Assembly (NCBI GenBank): GCA_963705705.1
Contig: CAVPKK010000006.1
Span: forward strand, 128,578 to 192,577
Length of the DNA: 64,000 bases
Source of the DNA: an uncultured bacterium
GTDB taxonomy: Bacteria; Babelota; Babeliae; Babelales; JABCYS01
Direction of reading: 5' to 3'
Shown: positions 10,509-20,800 of the stretch, piece by piece
Position numbering within the stretch: the first letter of the stretch is position 1
Layout of the letters: each line of letters begins with the position of its first letter
The notes under the pieces: generated by a model
The model's database searches: none
Seen by the model: only the letters and a program-made list of their open reading frames with translations
Told to the model about the DNA's origin: nothing
Made by a program: the position numbers and the translations under genes

Positions 10509-11141
10509 TCATCGACCATCAAAATAGCCAAGATCCATGAGTGCCTCGCGCACCTCGGCTAGTGGTAGACCCAAAACGGAGCTATACGAGCCATCAATGG
10601 TCTTAATGAATTGTCCACCAAAGCCTTCTATAGTTATGGCACCGCTAATAGATAAATAGTCGGGGGTATGATCAAGGTAGGCCTCGATCCACTCATCAGG
10701 AAGATCCATAGTATATTTGGTCTCAACGTATTGGCTTATTTCATCCAGGCCATGCCAGGCATTATCTTGCCACACCTTTTTGGCCAGGCAAAAGGCAGTG
10801 CCCACGATGCCGCCATCACGTAATGCTCTAATTTTTTCTCGGGCATCCTCGCGATCCTTGGGTTTGCCATGGACATTACCTTTAAGATCACAGCCCATGG
10901 TATCGGCCACGATCACAAAGGCCATAAGCTCTTTGATTTCTCCGATGGCTGGCATAACCACATGCGCCATTTTTTGTTCGGCGATAGCGACTACTTGTTC
11001 AGAGAAGGTTCGGCCAGCAGTGCGCACTTTTTCCGTTGCCTGCTGCTCGATAACCGTAAAAGGGATGTCCATTGAGCCCAACAGTTCACGCCGCGCACGG
11101 CTTGATGAGGCAAGGTATATATGCTTTTTAAGTTTTTCCAT
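10509..11141 (-). CDS. maf: Maf family nucleoside triphosphate pyrophosphatase
   Basis: IYLASSSRARRELL, IVADT, GKPKD, IDGSYSSVLGLP. Confidence 0.9.
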   Translation of the reverse strand: MEKLKKHIYLASSSRARRELLGSMDIPFTVIEQQATEKVRTAGRTFSEQVVAIAEQKMAHVVMPAIGEIKELMAFVIVADTMGCDLKGNVHGKPKDREDAREKIRALRDGGIVGTAFCLAKKVWQDNAWHGLDEISQYVETKYTMDLPDEWIEAYLDHTPDYLSISGAITIEGFGGQFIKTIDGSYSSVLGLPLAEVREALMDLGYFDGR

Positions 11142-11341
11142 TGTTTGTTCCTACTATAATTGCATATAGTATACGAAGCTCTCAAATAAACTGCATCAGA
11201 TCAAATATTAATGAATAGTTTTGCTTTTTGTGCTGCGAACTTCTATACTTTTGCTCCTTAAAATATATAGCAAAGCAAGTTGGGAAATAAATTTCTCTGC
11301 GAGCGCAGTGATATATAGGCGGCTGACGCCGCTCAATTTAT

Positions 11342-11415
<74 letters not shown>

Positions 11416-11478
11416 CATCATTTACTTATCATCAAAAACCTTATAGATTACGAGCTCTTTTACATTAGATCTTCATGT

Positions 11479-11554
11479 CGGGGCGTAGCGCAATTGGTAG
11501 CGCACCAGTTTTGGGTACTGGGGGTTGTGAGTTCGAGTCTCGCCGCCCCGACCA
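11479..11554 (+). tRNA. tRNA-Pro (TGG)
   Basis: CGGGGCG/CGCCCCG acceptor stem, CCAGT-TT TGG GT-ACTGG anticodon arm, GTTCGAG, encoded CCA. Confidence 0.95.
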
Positions 11555-11589
11555 TTAAAAAAAGATCCTTCGATACGCAAGAGCGGTCT

Positions 11590-12420
11590 ATGACGAAAAT
11601 CATTACGAAATATTCCGGCGAACGTGAACCATTCGATGTCTCCAAATTTCAACGATCAATCCGCCGCGCCGGCGCAAATGAATCACAAGTCCGCGATCTG
11701 ACCAGAAAAGTTCTTGAAAGTCATGATCTTAATACCACTAAAGAAATTTATTCTTTCGCTTTCCACTTCCTGAAGCGAAAGAATCCGCCAATCGCCGCTC
11801 GCTATAGCTTGCGAAGCGCAATTACTCAGCTCGGTCCAAGCGGTTTTCCTTTTGAACAACTTGTCGGACAGATTTTTAAACACCTTGGATACGAAGTTCA
11901 GACCGACCAAATTTTGAACGGAAAATGCGTACGTCATGAAGTCGACTTAGTGTTGCAAAAAAAGGGCAAACATTTCATGGGTGAATGCAAATTCCATCAT
12001 GAACCGCATCTCAATGTTGATGTTAAAATTCCTCTCTATGTTAAAGCCCGCTTCGAAGATATTCAGGCAAATCATACATTTGATGGCGCTTGGGTCATTA
12101 CAAATACTAAATTTTCCACAGCAGCCATCGAATATTCAAAGTGCGCTGGTCTGCATCTATTAGGATGGTCATATCCCGGCAATGACAGTCTTGAACGAGT
12201 TATCGATCGCCTTGGTTTACACCCTATTACCGCGATGACAACACTGAGCAATAAACAAAAGCAGCTGTTGCTTGAACAAAAAATCGTCTTGTGCAAAAAC
12301 ATGGCTCAAGAACGTGGTACACTTAAATCTATAGGCTTAAGCGAACAGCAAATTGAGGATGTTATTCGCGAAGGCAATACTATGTGCGAACTTGGCGCTA
12401 TCAATCACGAAGATCAATAG
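11590..12420 (+). CDS. ATP-cone domain plus Mrr-like PD-(D/E)xK restriction endonuclease domain protein
   Basis: N-terminal ITKYSGEREPFDVSKF (ATP cone); GFPFEQLV...HEVDLV...GECK...VITNTKFS nuclease motifs; start moved downstream of the tRNAs. Confidence 0.8.
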   Translation: MTKIITKYSGEREPFDVSKFQRSIRRAGANESQVRDLTRKVLESHDLNTTKEIYSFAFHFLKRKNPPIAARYSLRSAITQLGPSGFPFEQLVGQIFKHLGYEVQTDQILNGKCVRHEVDLVLQKKGKHFMGECKFHHEPHLNVDVKIPLYVKARFEDIQANHTFDGAWVITNTKFSTAAIEYSKCAGLHLLGWSYPGNDSLERVIDRLGLHPITAMTTLSNKQKQLLLEQKIVLCKNMAQERGTLKSIGLSEQQIEDVIREGNTMCELGAINHEDQ

Positions 12421-12429
12421 AGTTTTGTT

Positions 12430-13596
12430 GTGAAACAACGGGTTAAAGAATCGATTAACGCCATGGCAGCAGTGCCGCCGATCACAAAGATTATTGGCGA
12501 CAAACGCTATTTTCGCTATTTCGATTGGATAAGTTTTTCGTTAATTGTTTCACTTACCTTAATTGGTCTTCTATTCGTTTATAGCGCAACTTATCGACCT
12601 GAACAGCATTATTCTACTTTTTTCAAGAAACAACTTTTTGGATTCGCATCAGGGCTTATTATCTATTTTATTTTTTGTTGGGTTGATTATCGGCGGTTAT
12701 GCCGGATCGGTTATTTTATCTATTTTGTAATCATGGGATTATTATTATTCACCATGATCAAAGGCCACATGGGAATGGGCGCAAAGCGATGGATCGACCT
12801 AGCATTCTTTCGCTTTCAACCATCGGAATTAGCAAAACTATTTTTCCCTGCATTCATTGCCTACTATTTTGAAACAGAAAAAAAAGCCGGCGTATACAAT
12901 TTTATTGAATTTATACCAGTGCTCGTGGTCTTGGGCATCAGCTTCATTCTGGTATTAAAACAACCTGATTTGGGTACCGGCCTTTTGCTACTTTTTAACG
13001 GACTCATATTGCTGTGGCTGATTGGTATGCCACGCAAATTTTTTGTAATTCTCGGATTAATTTCGATCATTGGCGCACCCGTTATGTGGAAGTCACTTAA
13101 GGAATATCAGCGAAAACGTGTGATGGTGTTTCTTGGTTATGGCGATGCATTACATGAGCGCTACCATCTTGAGCAATCAAAAATTGCTATTGGCTCTGGT
13201 GGCATTGCGGGTAAAGGATTTTTAAAAGGAACACAAAACAAATATATGTTCTTACCAGAAAGCAGAACAGATTTTATCTTCTCCGTCGTTTGCGAAGAAT
13301 GGGGCTTTATTGGCGCACTGTTGGTCATTACATTATTTTTACTACTCTTCATTCGGCTATTTTTAATGATTAGTACTCTCAACACTGTATTTGCACAAAT
13401 ACTTGCAACTGGGCTTGTGCTCAACGTTGCGCTTGCGGCCGTGATTAATATGGGCATGGCATCTGGACTATTGCCCATCGTAGGGATTCCGTTACCCTTT
13501 CTTAGTTATGGGCTCACTCATATTTGGTCCACATTCGCCGGACTTGGATGGGTAAATGGGATATTAATCGCAAGACAATACCAAGGGCAGGCCTAG
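12430..13596 (+). CDS. rodA: Rod shape-determining SEDS protein RodA
   Basis: GAKRWI, FQPSELAK, KQPDLGT, QSKIAIGSGG, FLPESRTDFIF, GIPLPFLSYG. Confidence 0.9.
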   Translation: MKQRVKESINAMAAVPPITKIIGDKRYFRYFDWISFSLIVSLTLIGLLFVYSATYRPEQHYSTFFKKQLFGFASGLIIYFIFCWVDYRRLCRIGYFIYFVIMGLLLFTMIKGHMGMGAKRWIDLAFFRFQPSELAKLFFPAFIAYYFETEKKAGVYNFIEFIPVLVVLGISFILVLKQPDLGTGLLLLFNGLILLWLIGMPRKFFVILGLISIIGAPVMWKSLKEYQRKRVMVFLGYGDALHERYHLEQSKIAIGSGGIAGKGFLKGTQNKYMFLPESRTDFIFSVVCEEWGFIGALLVITLFLLLFIRLFLMISTLNTVFAQILATGLVLNVALAAVINMGMASGLLPIVGIPLPFLSYGLTHIWSTFAGLGWVNGILIARQYQGQA

Positions 13597-13600
13597 GCCG

Positions 13601-13620
13601 CCAGGGCAAGCCCTGCACCC
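13601..13620 (-). repeat. Family B GGT-tagged hairpin (intergenic)
   Basis: Reverse complement GGGT-GCAGGG-CTTG-CCCTGG; a degenerate neighbour at 13581-13597 overlaps the rodA stop. Confidence 0.65.
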
Positions 13621-13642
13621 ATAATGCAATCTATTTCTGCGT

Positions 13643-13688
13643 CCCTCGATACATTTTTGCTAAAGCAAAAACACTCGGGATGAGCGGG
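13643..13688 (+). repeat. Family A element, extended-loop variant
   Basis: ccctcgatacatttttgctaaagcaaaaacactcgggatgagcggg; matches 32151-32195 and 43939-43987. Confidence 0.85.
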
Positions 13689-13719
13689 TCAGTTCATTAA
13701 TAAGAGAGTTAGAAATCAA

Positions 13720-14778
13720 ATGAAAAAGAATTTAGAACAATCACATGACACGCCAATACCACTCGAAGCCACCATATCCCCTTCCTATTTTGCCTTGACC
13801 GAAACAACCGAAGATCGCACGCTCGATTTTCATCCAAAAGAATTTCATGATTACGTCGGCCAAAAAGAACTGAAAGAAAAATTATCTATCTACACGCAAG
13901 CTGCAAAGATGCGGAACGAACCATTAGATCACCTCTTGCTGTTCGGTCCACCAGGCCTTGGCAAGACTACTCTTTCTCAAATCATGGCAACGGTTATGGG
14001 TGTGCAGATAAAAATTTGTAGTGGTCCGATGCTTGAGCGCACAGGTGATTTAGTTGCTCTTCTTTCATCACTATCACCGCGAGATATTTTTTTTATTGAT
14101 GAAATTCATCGCTTACCAGCAGCGGTTGAGGAAGTACTGTATAGCGCCATGGAGCATTTTCGTGTTGATGTAATCATCGGCCAAGGCGCAGGCGCAAAAT
14201 CAATCGCCCTTCCCATCGCGCCGTTCACTCTTATTGCCGCAACAACAAAAAGTGGCATGATTTCTGCGCCATTGCGTAGCCGATTTGGCATTGTTGAACG
14301 ATTAGATTTTTATACTAGTGAGGAATTGCGTGATATCGTGCTGCAAAATGCCGTGCATTTATCATTGCCATTGTCTCCTGCCGCCGGTCTCGTTATTGGT
14401 TCATGTGCGCGAGGCACTCCGCGGATTGCAAAGAAATTATTGCGCCGCGTTCGTGATTACGCACAAGTTACAAAAAAGAAGGCAGATGAAAAGTTGGTAC
14501 GAGAGGCTCTCATCTTTCTGGGAATTGACGAAGATGGTTTGACCAAAATGGATAATGAATTACTGCGCAGTATGATCACGAAATTTAATGGCGGGCCTGT
14601 TGGCCTGGAAACGATGGCCTCAATTACAGGTGAAGATAAAGATACAATCGAAACGGTATATGAACCCTATTTAATGCAGCGTGGCTATCTGGAACGAACA
14701 CCGCGTGGCCGTCAAATTGGATATAAAATGTTGCCGTTTTTGAAAAAGAAATTTTTTGGCCAAGAGACGTTAATTTAA
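13720..14778 (+). CDS. ruvB: Holliday junction DNA helicase RuvB
   Basis: GPPGLGKTT, FIDEIHRL, PLRSRFG, RGTPRIA, GGPVG, YEPYL, RTPRGR. Confidence 0.97.
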   Translation: MKKNLEQSHDTPIPLEATISPSYFALTETTEDRTLDFHPKEFHDYVGQKELKEKLSIYTQAAKMRNEPLDHLLLFGPPGLGKTTLSQIMATVMGVQIKICSGPMLERTGDLVALLSSLSPRDIFFIDEIHRLPAAVEEVLYSAMEHFRVDVIIGQGAGAKSIALPIAPFTLIAATTKSGMISAPLRSRFGIVERLDFYTSEELRDIVLQNAVHLSLPLSPAAGLVIGSCARGTPRIAKKLLRRVRDYAQVTKKKADEKLVREALIFLGIDEDGLTKMDNELLRSMITKFNGGPVGLETMASITGEDKDTIETVYEPYLMQRGYLERTPRGRQIGYKMLPFLKKKFFGQETLI

Positions 14779-14838
14779 TTCGTTCAACAACCTTACTAAT
14801 CTAACTCAATTGTTTAACCCATTTTATAAGGAGAGCAC

Positions 14839-15234
14839 ATGTTTGCTCCAGTTAATCTTCTCGCATTAGGTGTAGGAATTATTTCATATATGGCAATTGG
14901 CATGTTGTGGTATTCATCCATACTCTTTGCTAACTATTGCCCTATGAGCACACGAAAAGACAATGTTAAACCGAGCGGCAAAGAATTTGCTGCCGCAATG
15001 GTGATCGCAATCATTTCATCATGGTCTATAGCACAAATAATTGGTTGGACTAATCCACCAACATTGATGATGGCATTAACCATTGGGTTTGTGTCATGGC
15101 TTGGTCTTATGGCAGCACCTTGCTATAGCCAGGTAATTTGGGCCGGGCAAGATGTAATAACCTATGGTGTTAATGTATCTGGCGGCCTAGTAAGAATCTT
15201 AGTGCTCAGTGCCCTCTTTTTCTTATGGCAGTAA
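14839..15234 (+). CDS. DUF1761-like small membrane protein, paralog 1
   Basis: Four TM segments, GMLWYS motif, paralogous to the next gene. Confidence 0.7.
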   Translation: MFAPVNLLALGVGIISYMAIGMLWYSSILFANYCPMSTRKDNVKPSGKEFAAAMVIAIISSWSIAQIIGWTNPPTLMMALTIGFVSWLGLMAAPCYSQVIWAGQDVITYGVNVSGGLVRILVLSALFFLWQ

Positions 15235-15302
15235 TCGTTGCCCTTGATGATAGCCTTGCTAATCTAACTTAATTGTTTAACCCATTTTTATAAGGAGAGC
15301 AT

Positions 15303-15704
15303 ATGTTTGCTCCAGTTAATCTTCTCGCTGTTGGCGCCGGTACCATTGCGTATATGGCCTTAAGCATGTTTTGGTATTCCCCTTTGGCTTTTGGTCCAAT
15401 GTGGGCTCATCTACATCATTTCCGCGAAGAACATCTTAAACCAACAGCAACACATTTTATTGGCGCTGCCATTGTGGCATTTCTTTCATCGTGGTGTATG
15501 GCGCAACTGATCGCTTGGACGAATCCGTTCATGGCAGTTCATGCATTAATGGTAGGTTTTGTGGCATGGCTTGGCCTCACGGCAGCACCTCGCTACAGCC
15601 AAGTGATTTGGGCTGGCCTAAATGTGACACTTTTTATCATTGATGTATCAGGCTTATTAGTTAAGACCATGATGCTCAGCGTCCTCTTCTACCTATGGCG
15701 CTAG
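15303..15704 (+). CDS. DUF1761-like small membrane protein, paralog 2
   Basis: WYSPLAFGPMW motif typical of DUF1761; AGGAG RBS. Confidence 0.75.
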   Translation: MFAPVNLLAVGAGTIAYMALSMFWYSPLAFGPMWAHLHHFREEHLKPTATHFIGAAIVAFLSSWCMAQLIAWTNPFMAVHALMVGFVAWLGLTAAPRYSQVIWAGLNVTLFIIDVSGLLVKTMMLSVLFYLWR

Positions 15705-15762
15705 TCAGTGCATGCCCCAAGGAAGAACCTCATTCCATTGGGCAAATATTTTTTTAAAGCAC

Positions 15763-15800
15763 AGAACGCGGGATCGTCATGGTTCCGCGTTCTCTTATTG
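15763..15800 (+). terminator. Probable intrinsic terminator
   Basis: AGAACGCGGGATC-GTCAT-GGTTCCGCGTTCT hairpin followed by a T-rich tract. Confidence 0.45.
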
Positions 15801-15931
15801 TCTCTCGTTTCACGACCTAAAAAAAAATTTCAAAACCGCTAGGCTTGTAGCCACCTTATTTCATGCTCGACAACGCATAGAAATTAGCCTAAAAAAACAA
15901 CAAATACGTCGATCCAGAAAGGATTTTCACG

Positions 15932-16645
15932 ATGGCCGGGCATAGTAAATGGAAACAGATAAAGCATAAAAAGGCTATTACAGACGCCAAAAGAGGCGCC
16001 TCGTTTACTAAACTCATCAAAGAAATATCCGTAGCCGCCCGACATGGTGGCGGTGATCCTGGAGCCAATCCGCGACTGCGCACATTGCTCGAGAAAGCAA
16101 AGGCGATCAACATGCCTATTGATAATGCTCAACGTGCAATTAAAAGAGGTACAGGTGAACTGCCTGGCGTAATGTATGAGCATATCTTGTATGAGGGATA
16201 TGCGCCTCACAGCATTGCAATATTAATAGATGTTCTTACTGATAATCGCAATAAGGCCATCGCGGAATTACGACATGCTTTTAATAAGAATGGCGGTATC
16301 TTGGGTGAAAGTAATTCAGTTGCCTGGATGTTTGAACGGGTTGGAGAAATTCAAGCTAAGGATGGCATGACGGAAGATGAGTTGCTAGAAAAGTTACTCG
16401 ACTACGACATTAAAAATATTACGCTTGATAATGGCATTTTTACCATTCACACAGAACCTAAAATGCTGGAACAAGTACGCCAGGCCGTGGTAAATCTAGG
16501 CCTGAAAGTTGATAGTGCTGAACTTGAATGGCTTGCCAAAGCGCCAACTGAATTGGATGAACAAAAACAAAATGAAGTAATTCAATTCTTGGAAGCAATC
16601 GAAGAGCTTGAAGATGTGCAAAATGTGTACACGAACATGGCATAA
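15932..16645 (+). CDS. yebC: YebC/PmpR family protein
   Basis: MAGHSKWKQIKHKK, NPRLR, YEGY, TDNRN, DVQNVYTN. Confidence 0.95.
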   Translation: MAGHSKWKQIKHKKAITDAKRGASFTKLIKEISVAARHGGGDPGANPRLRTLLEKAKAINMPIDNAQRAIKRGTGELPGVMYEHILYEGYAPHSIAILIDVLTDNRNKAIAELRHAFNKNGGILGESNSVAWMFERVGEIQAKDGMTEDELLEKLLDYDIKNITLDNGIFTIHTEPKMLEQVRQAVVNLGLKVDSAELEWLAKAPTELDEQKQNEVIQFLEAIEELEDVQNVYTNMA

Positions 16646-16646
16646 T

Positions 16647-16719
16647 GTGGGGCCGTTCCCTCCCCACACCCCTCCCTAAATTTTATTTATTTGGAGGACT
16701 ATCGCCCTCCAAACCACCC
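16647..16719 (-). repeat. Family D double-hairpin element
   Basis: gtggggccgttccctccccacacccctccctaaa...ggagg...ccctccaaaccaccc; homologous to 46307-46383 and 30356-30455. Confidence 0.8.
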
Positions 16720-16807
16720 ATTTCGAGATCAGACAGGTATATTAATAAACGAGACGGAATTTTTCAGGCTTAGTCTGGTCAGTCCAGCCAACCTATTGAA
16801 AGAAGAC

Positions 16808-17707
16808 ATGTCAACCATACATAGCATGACCGGGTTTGCCTCCAAAACCTTTACCATCGCCCTTTCGCCTGAAACGCAGGCCCAAATCACTCTGAGCATT
16901 AAATCATTAAACTCCCGTTTTTTTGAAACCACCTTCAAACTTCCTTATGCCTTATCCAACCTTGAAACAGATTTGATGCAAAGGTGCAAGGCAAAGCTCA
17001 AACGCGGCCATGTATTTTTTACCATCAATATGAGTAATCCCAATTTATTCAAGACAGGTGTTGAGCCGGCATTATCGGTTGTTCATAGCTATATAATTGC
17101 TGCGGATCAAATCAAACAAAAATATGGCGTAGAAGGCAAACTAAGTATTTCCGATATAGTAACGCTGCCAAATGTCTTCAGCATCGAAGAGCTTGCCGTT
17201 GACGAAGCGCTCAGATCAACGATCATCAGTGAAACGGAATTAGTATTAAATGACCTTTTAGCCGCTCGTGCTGCCGAAGGCGCTCGAATTATCAAAGACA
17301 TTGAACAACGCGCAACCAAACTAGATGAAGAGATTATTGCAATTGAGCAAAATTCTAAGAAAGTTATCGCAGCCCGTAAAGAAAAAATCCAACAGGATCT
17401 TGCGGCATTGGGCGTGAATCTAGATGCCACTACAGAAGCGCAGCGGGCTCTCTTATTTACTGAATTGACTAAGATGGATATTAATGAAGAGTTGGTGCGC
17501 TTTAAAAGCCACCTGCAAGCCATTAAGGTTTTATTAGCATCGCCAGACTTGGAAAAAGGTAAGCGGTTAGATTTTACGATTCAAGAACTGAACCGCGAGA
17601 CAAATACCATAGCATCAAAATGCGCTGATGCAACTATTGGCGCTTTGGCTATCAATATCAAGGTTGATTTAGAAAAGATGCGCGAACAAACGCAGAATAT
17701 TGTGTAA
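16808..17707 (+). CDS. YicC/YloC family endoribonuclease
   Basis: SMTGFA, KSLNSRF, DINEELVRF, GKRLDF.IQELNRETNTIASK, REQ.QN. Confidence 0.92.
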   Translation: MSTIHSMTGFASKTFTIALSPETQAQITLSIKSLNSRFFETTFKLPYALSNLETDLMQRCKAKLKRGHVFFTINMSNPNLFKTGVEPALSVVHSYIIAADQIKQKYGVEGKLSISDIVTLPNVFSIEELAVDEALRSTIISETELVLNDLLAARAAEGARIIKDIEQRATKLDEEIIAIEQNSKKVIAARKEKIQQDLAALGVNLDATTEAQRALLFTELTKMDINEELVRFKSHLQAIKVLLASPDLEKGKRLDFTIQELNRETNTIASKCADATIGALAINIKVDLEKMREQTQNIV

Positions 17708-17752
17708 CTACAAGTAATATCATAGGAACTGCACTTCCAAAAGGTGTATGAT

Positions 17753-17806
17753 CCGCTCGTCCTGAGTGTTTTTGCAAAGCAAAAATGTATCGAAGGATGC
17801 GAGCGG
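17753..17806 (-). repeat. Family A element, extended-loop variant, just upstream of dnaE
   Basis: ccgctcgtcctgagtgtttttgcaaagcaaaaatgtatcgaaggatgcgagcgg. Confidence 0.9.
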
Positions 17807-17824
17807 GGCAGCAAAATAACAGCA

Positions 17825-20800
17825 ATGGCCGACAAACATTTCACGCACCTTCACCTGCACACAGATTTCTCGTTATTAGATGGGGCCATTTCGGTTGACC
17901 GTCTGGTTGGTTTTGGAAAAGAACATGGGTTCAAGGCATTAGCCATCTCAGACCATGGCAATATTTTTGGTGCCGTAAAGTTTTTTGCCACGTGCAAAAA
18001 GGCCGGTATTAAGCCCATCTTGGGCATGGAAGCCTATCTAACTGAAGATGCTGCTGTGCGCACGATGGATAATAAGTATTATCATATGTTACTTATTGTG
18101 CAGAATGAGATTGGCTATAAGAATCTGTGCAAACTTATCTCATTTTCTTTCCAACAAGGCTTTTATTTCAAGCCGCGCATCGATTACAACATTTTAGAGC
18201 AGCATGCCGAGGGTTTAATTGCAACCACCGCGTGCCTAGGTGGACACATCCCTAAATTGATCATGCAGGAAAACAATGCAGCCGTAGAGGACCGCATTGA
18301 TTGGATGTTACGCGTATTCGGACGTGAGCGTTTCTATTTAGAGGTGCAACCACCTGATCAGCAGGAGCAAAAAGTTCTCAACGCAGCATTATTTGAACTT
18401 GCTGCCAAACGAAATCTTAATGTGGTCGCTACCGCAGATTGCCATTATGCTACGCCTGAAGACCGTGATGCTCATGAAGTTATGCTTTCTATTCAGACGC
18501 AGGATAAGTTAGATAATCCTGAGCGTTATAGTTTTGGCGGGGCGCGCGTACATATGCGCACACAAGCCGATATGCTGGCACTATTTCCAAATCATCCTGA
18601 AGCCGTATATGCCAGTGGTGAAATTGCTGACCGCTGTACCTTTGATTTCAAAACAGGGCAACTCTTTTTTCCAAAGTTTGAAGTTCCTGCCGAACACACC
18701 AGCGAAAGTTACTTCGCAGTACTATGCCAAAGTGGCCTTGAAGAATTGATTGCTAGTGACCGTATTCCCATAGATCAAATCGATGCATATCGGGATCGCC
18801 TGCAACTTGAGATTGATCTTATTATAAAAATGGGCTTTGTCGGTTATTTCTTAGTTGTTGGTGATTTTATCCAATGGTCGAAACGCAATGGTATTCCTGT
18901 TGGCCCTGGGCGTGGCTCAGCTGCTGGCTCATTAGTTGCCTGGGCATTACAGATCACCAACATCGATCCGCTTAAATACAATTTACTTTTTGAGCGATTC
19001 TTAAATCCGGAACGAGTGTCGATGCCTGATATCGATATCGATTTCTGCATTGAAGGGCGCGAGCGCGTCATCAATTATGTACGTGAAAAATACGGGCATG
19101 ATAAGGTGTGCCAGATTATTACCTTTGGTACTATGATGGCCAAGGGCGTGGTCAAAGACGTAGGTCGCGTTATCGGTTTGCCGTTTGATGATGCCAACAT
19201 GATCACCGGCATGATTCCGGAAACATTGAAGATCACACTCAAGGAAGCGCTCGAACAAGAGCCACGTATTAAAGAATTAATCGAAGCGAATCCAAAAGTT
19301 GCCACCCTCTTCGATCACGCCCTACGCCTGGAAGGCCTCACGCGCCACGCCTCAAAACATGCAGCCGGCATCGTGATCTCACCAGAGCCAATTGAAGAGG
19401 TATTGCCGGTCTATGTACCACCTGGCTCTAAAGATTTAGTTACGCAATACGCGATGACGGAGTTGGAAAGCCTCGGCTTTTTGAAGATGGACTTGTTGGG
19501 TCTTAAAAACTTAACGCTGATTGATCGCTGCACCCGCCTTATTAATTCATCACTTTCTTCTAAAGATAATACACAACGCGCTCATTCTGAGTTTATCGAA
19601 GAATCAAAGCGCGAGATCAATATGAGATCGCAACTCATAGACATCGACAAAATTCCTTTAGATGACCCCAAGGCTTTCGCCCTCGTCTGCGCGGGCAATA
19701 CGTCAGGTGTGTTCCAATTAGAATCTAATGGCCTAAAGGATGTGCTGCGACGCCTCAAGCCAGAGAAATTTGAAGACATTATTGCCGTTAACGCATTATA
19801 TCGACCAGGGCCGCTTGGTTCTGGCATGGTGGATGATTATATTGCACGGCGCCACGGCAAAGCAGCAGTTAAATATTTATTTCCTGAGCTTGAGCCAATT
19901 TTAGACGAAACCTATGGCGTTATTGTTTATCAAGAACAAGTAATGAAGATCGCCTCTGCTATCGCGGGCTATTCTCTGGGCGAAGCGGATTTACTTCGTC
20001 GTGCCATGGGTAAGAAAAAAGCAGAGGAGATGGCCAAGCATCGAGCCATATTTACTGAACGTGCAACACAAAAAGGATTCAACACGGCCAAAGCGGGTGA
20101 GCTTTTTGATTTAATGGCCTACTTTGCTGGTTATGGTTTTAATAAATCACATTCGGCTGCATACGCATTAATTGCCTATCAAACAGCTTATCTGAAAGCA
20201 AATTACCCAGCAGAATTCATGGCCTGCCTGATTTCATTGGAATCTGGCGATGCTGATAAGATGGTTTTTTACCTACAAGAAGCCAAAGATATGGGGCTGG
20301 AGATATTGCCTCCAGATATTAATAAGTCACATATCGATTTCACGGTTGACCAGGGCCTGCCCTGGACCCATGGAGAACCCAACAACAACAATGAAATCAA
20401 ACCGAAACTCCGCTTTGGTTTACAAGGAATCAAAAACGTTGGCCTGACTTCTCTAGAGAATATTATTACCGAGCGAGCAGAGCGGCCATTTATTGATCTC
20501 TTAGATTTTTGTAGCCGTATTGATTTGCGCACTTCTAATCGCCGGGTTATTGAACATCTTATTTTCGCCGGTGCATTCGATTCTTTGCCTGGACATCGTG
20601 CGCAGCAACATAATGAATTACAAAAGATTATTGATCGCGCAGGGGAAATTAAAGAACAAAAGCTAACCGGGCAGATGGGATTATTTGGCGCTCCTGCAGA
20701 AGAATCGGACAATAAGCAACCAGAGCCGTATGCTTTTGAACTATGTGATAAATGGGATGCTAAAACTCAGCTGGAGAAAGAGAAAGAAGTTATTGGTTTC

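Noticed and set aside
17744..17824. DnaE N-terminal extension MYDPLVLSVFAKQKCIEG...
   Set aside because: It is the translation of a family A repeat upstream of the conserved start. The same applies to the ORF extensions of yicC (16691), pheS (22553), 27737 and 43969.
19540..19635. Intein in DnaE
   Set aside because: The insert is about 20 aa with no Cys/Ser start or His-Asn end, and is explained by the palindromic repeat.
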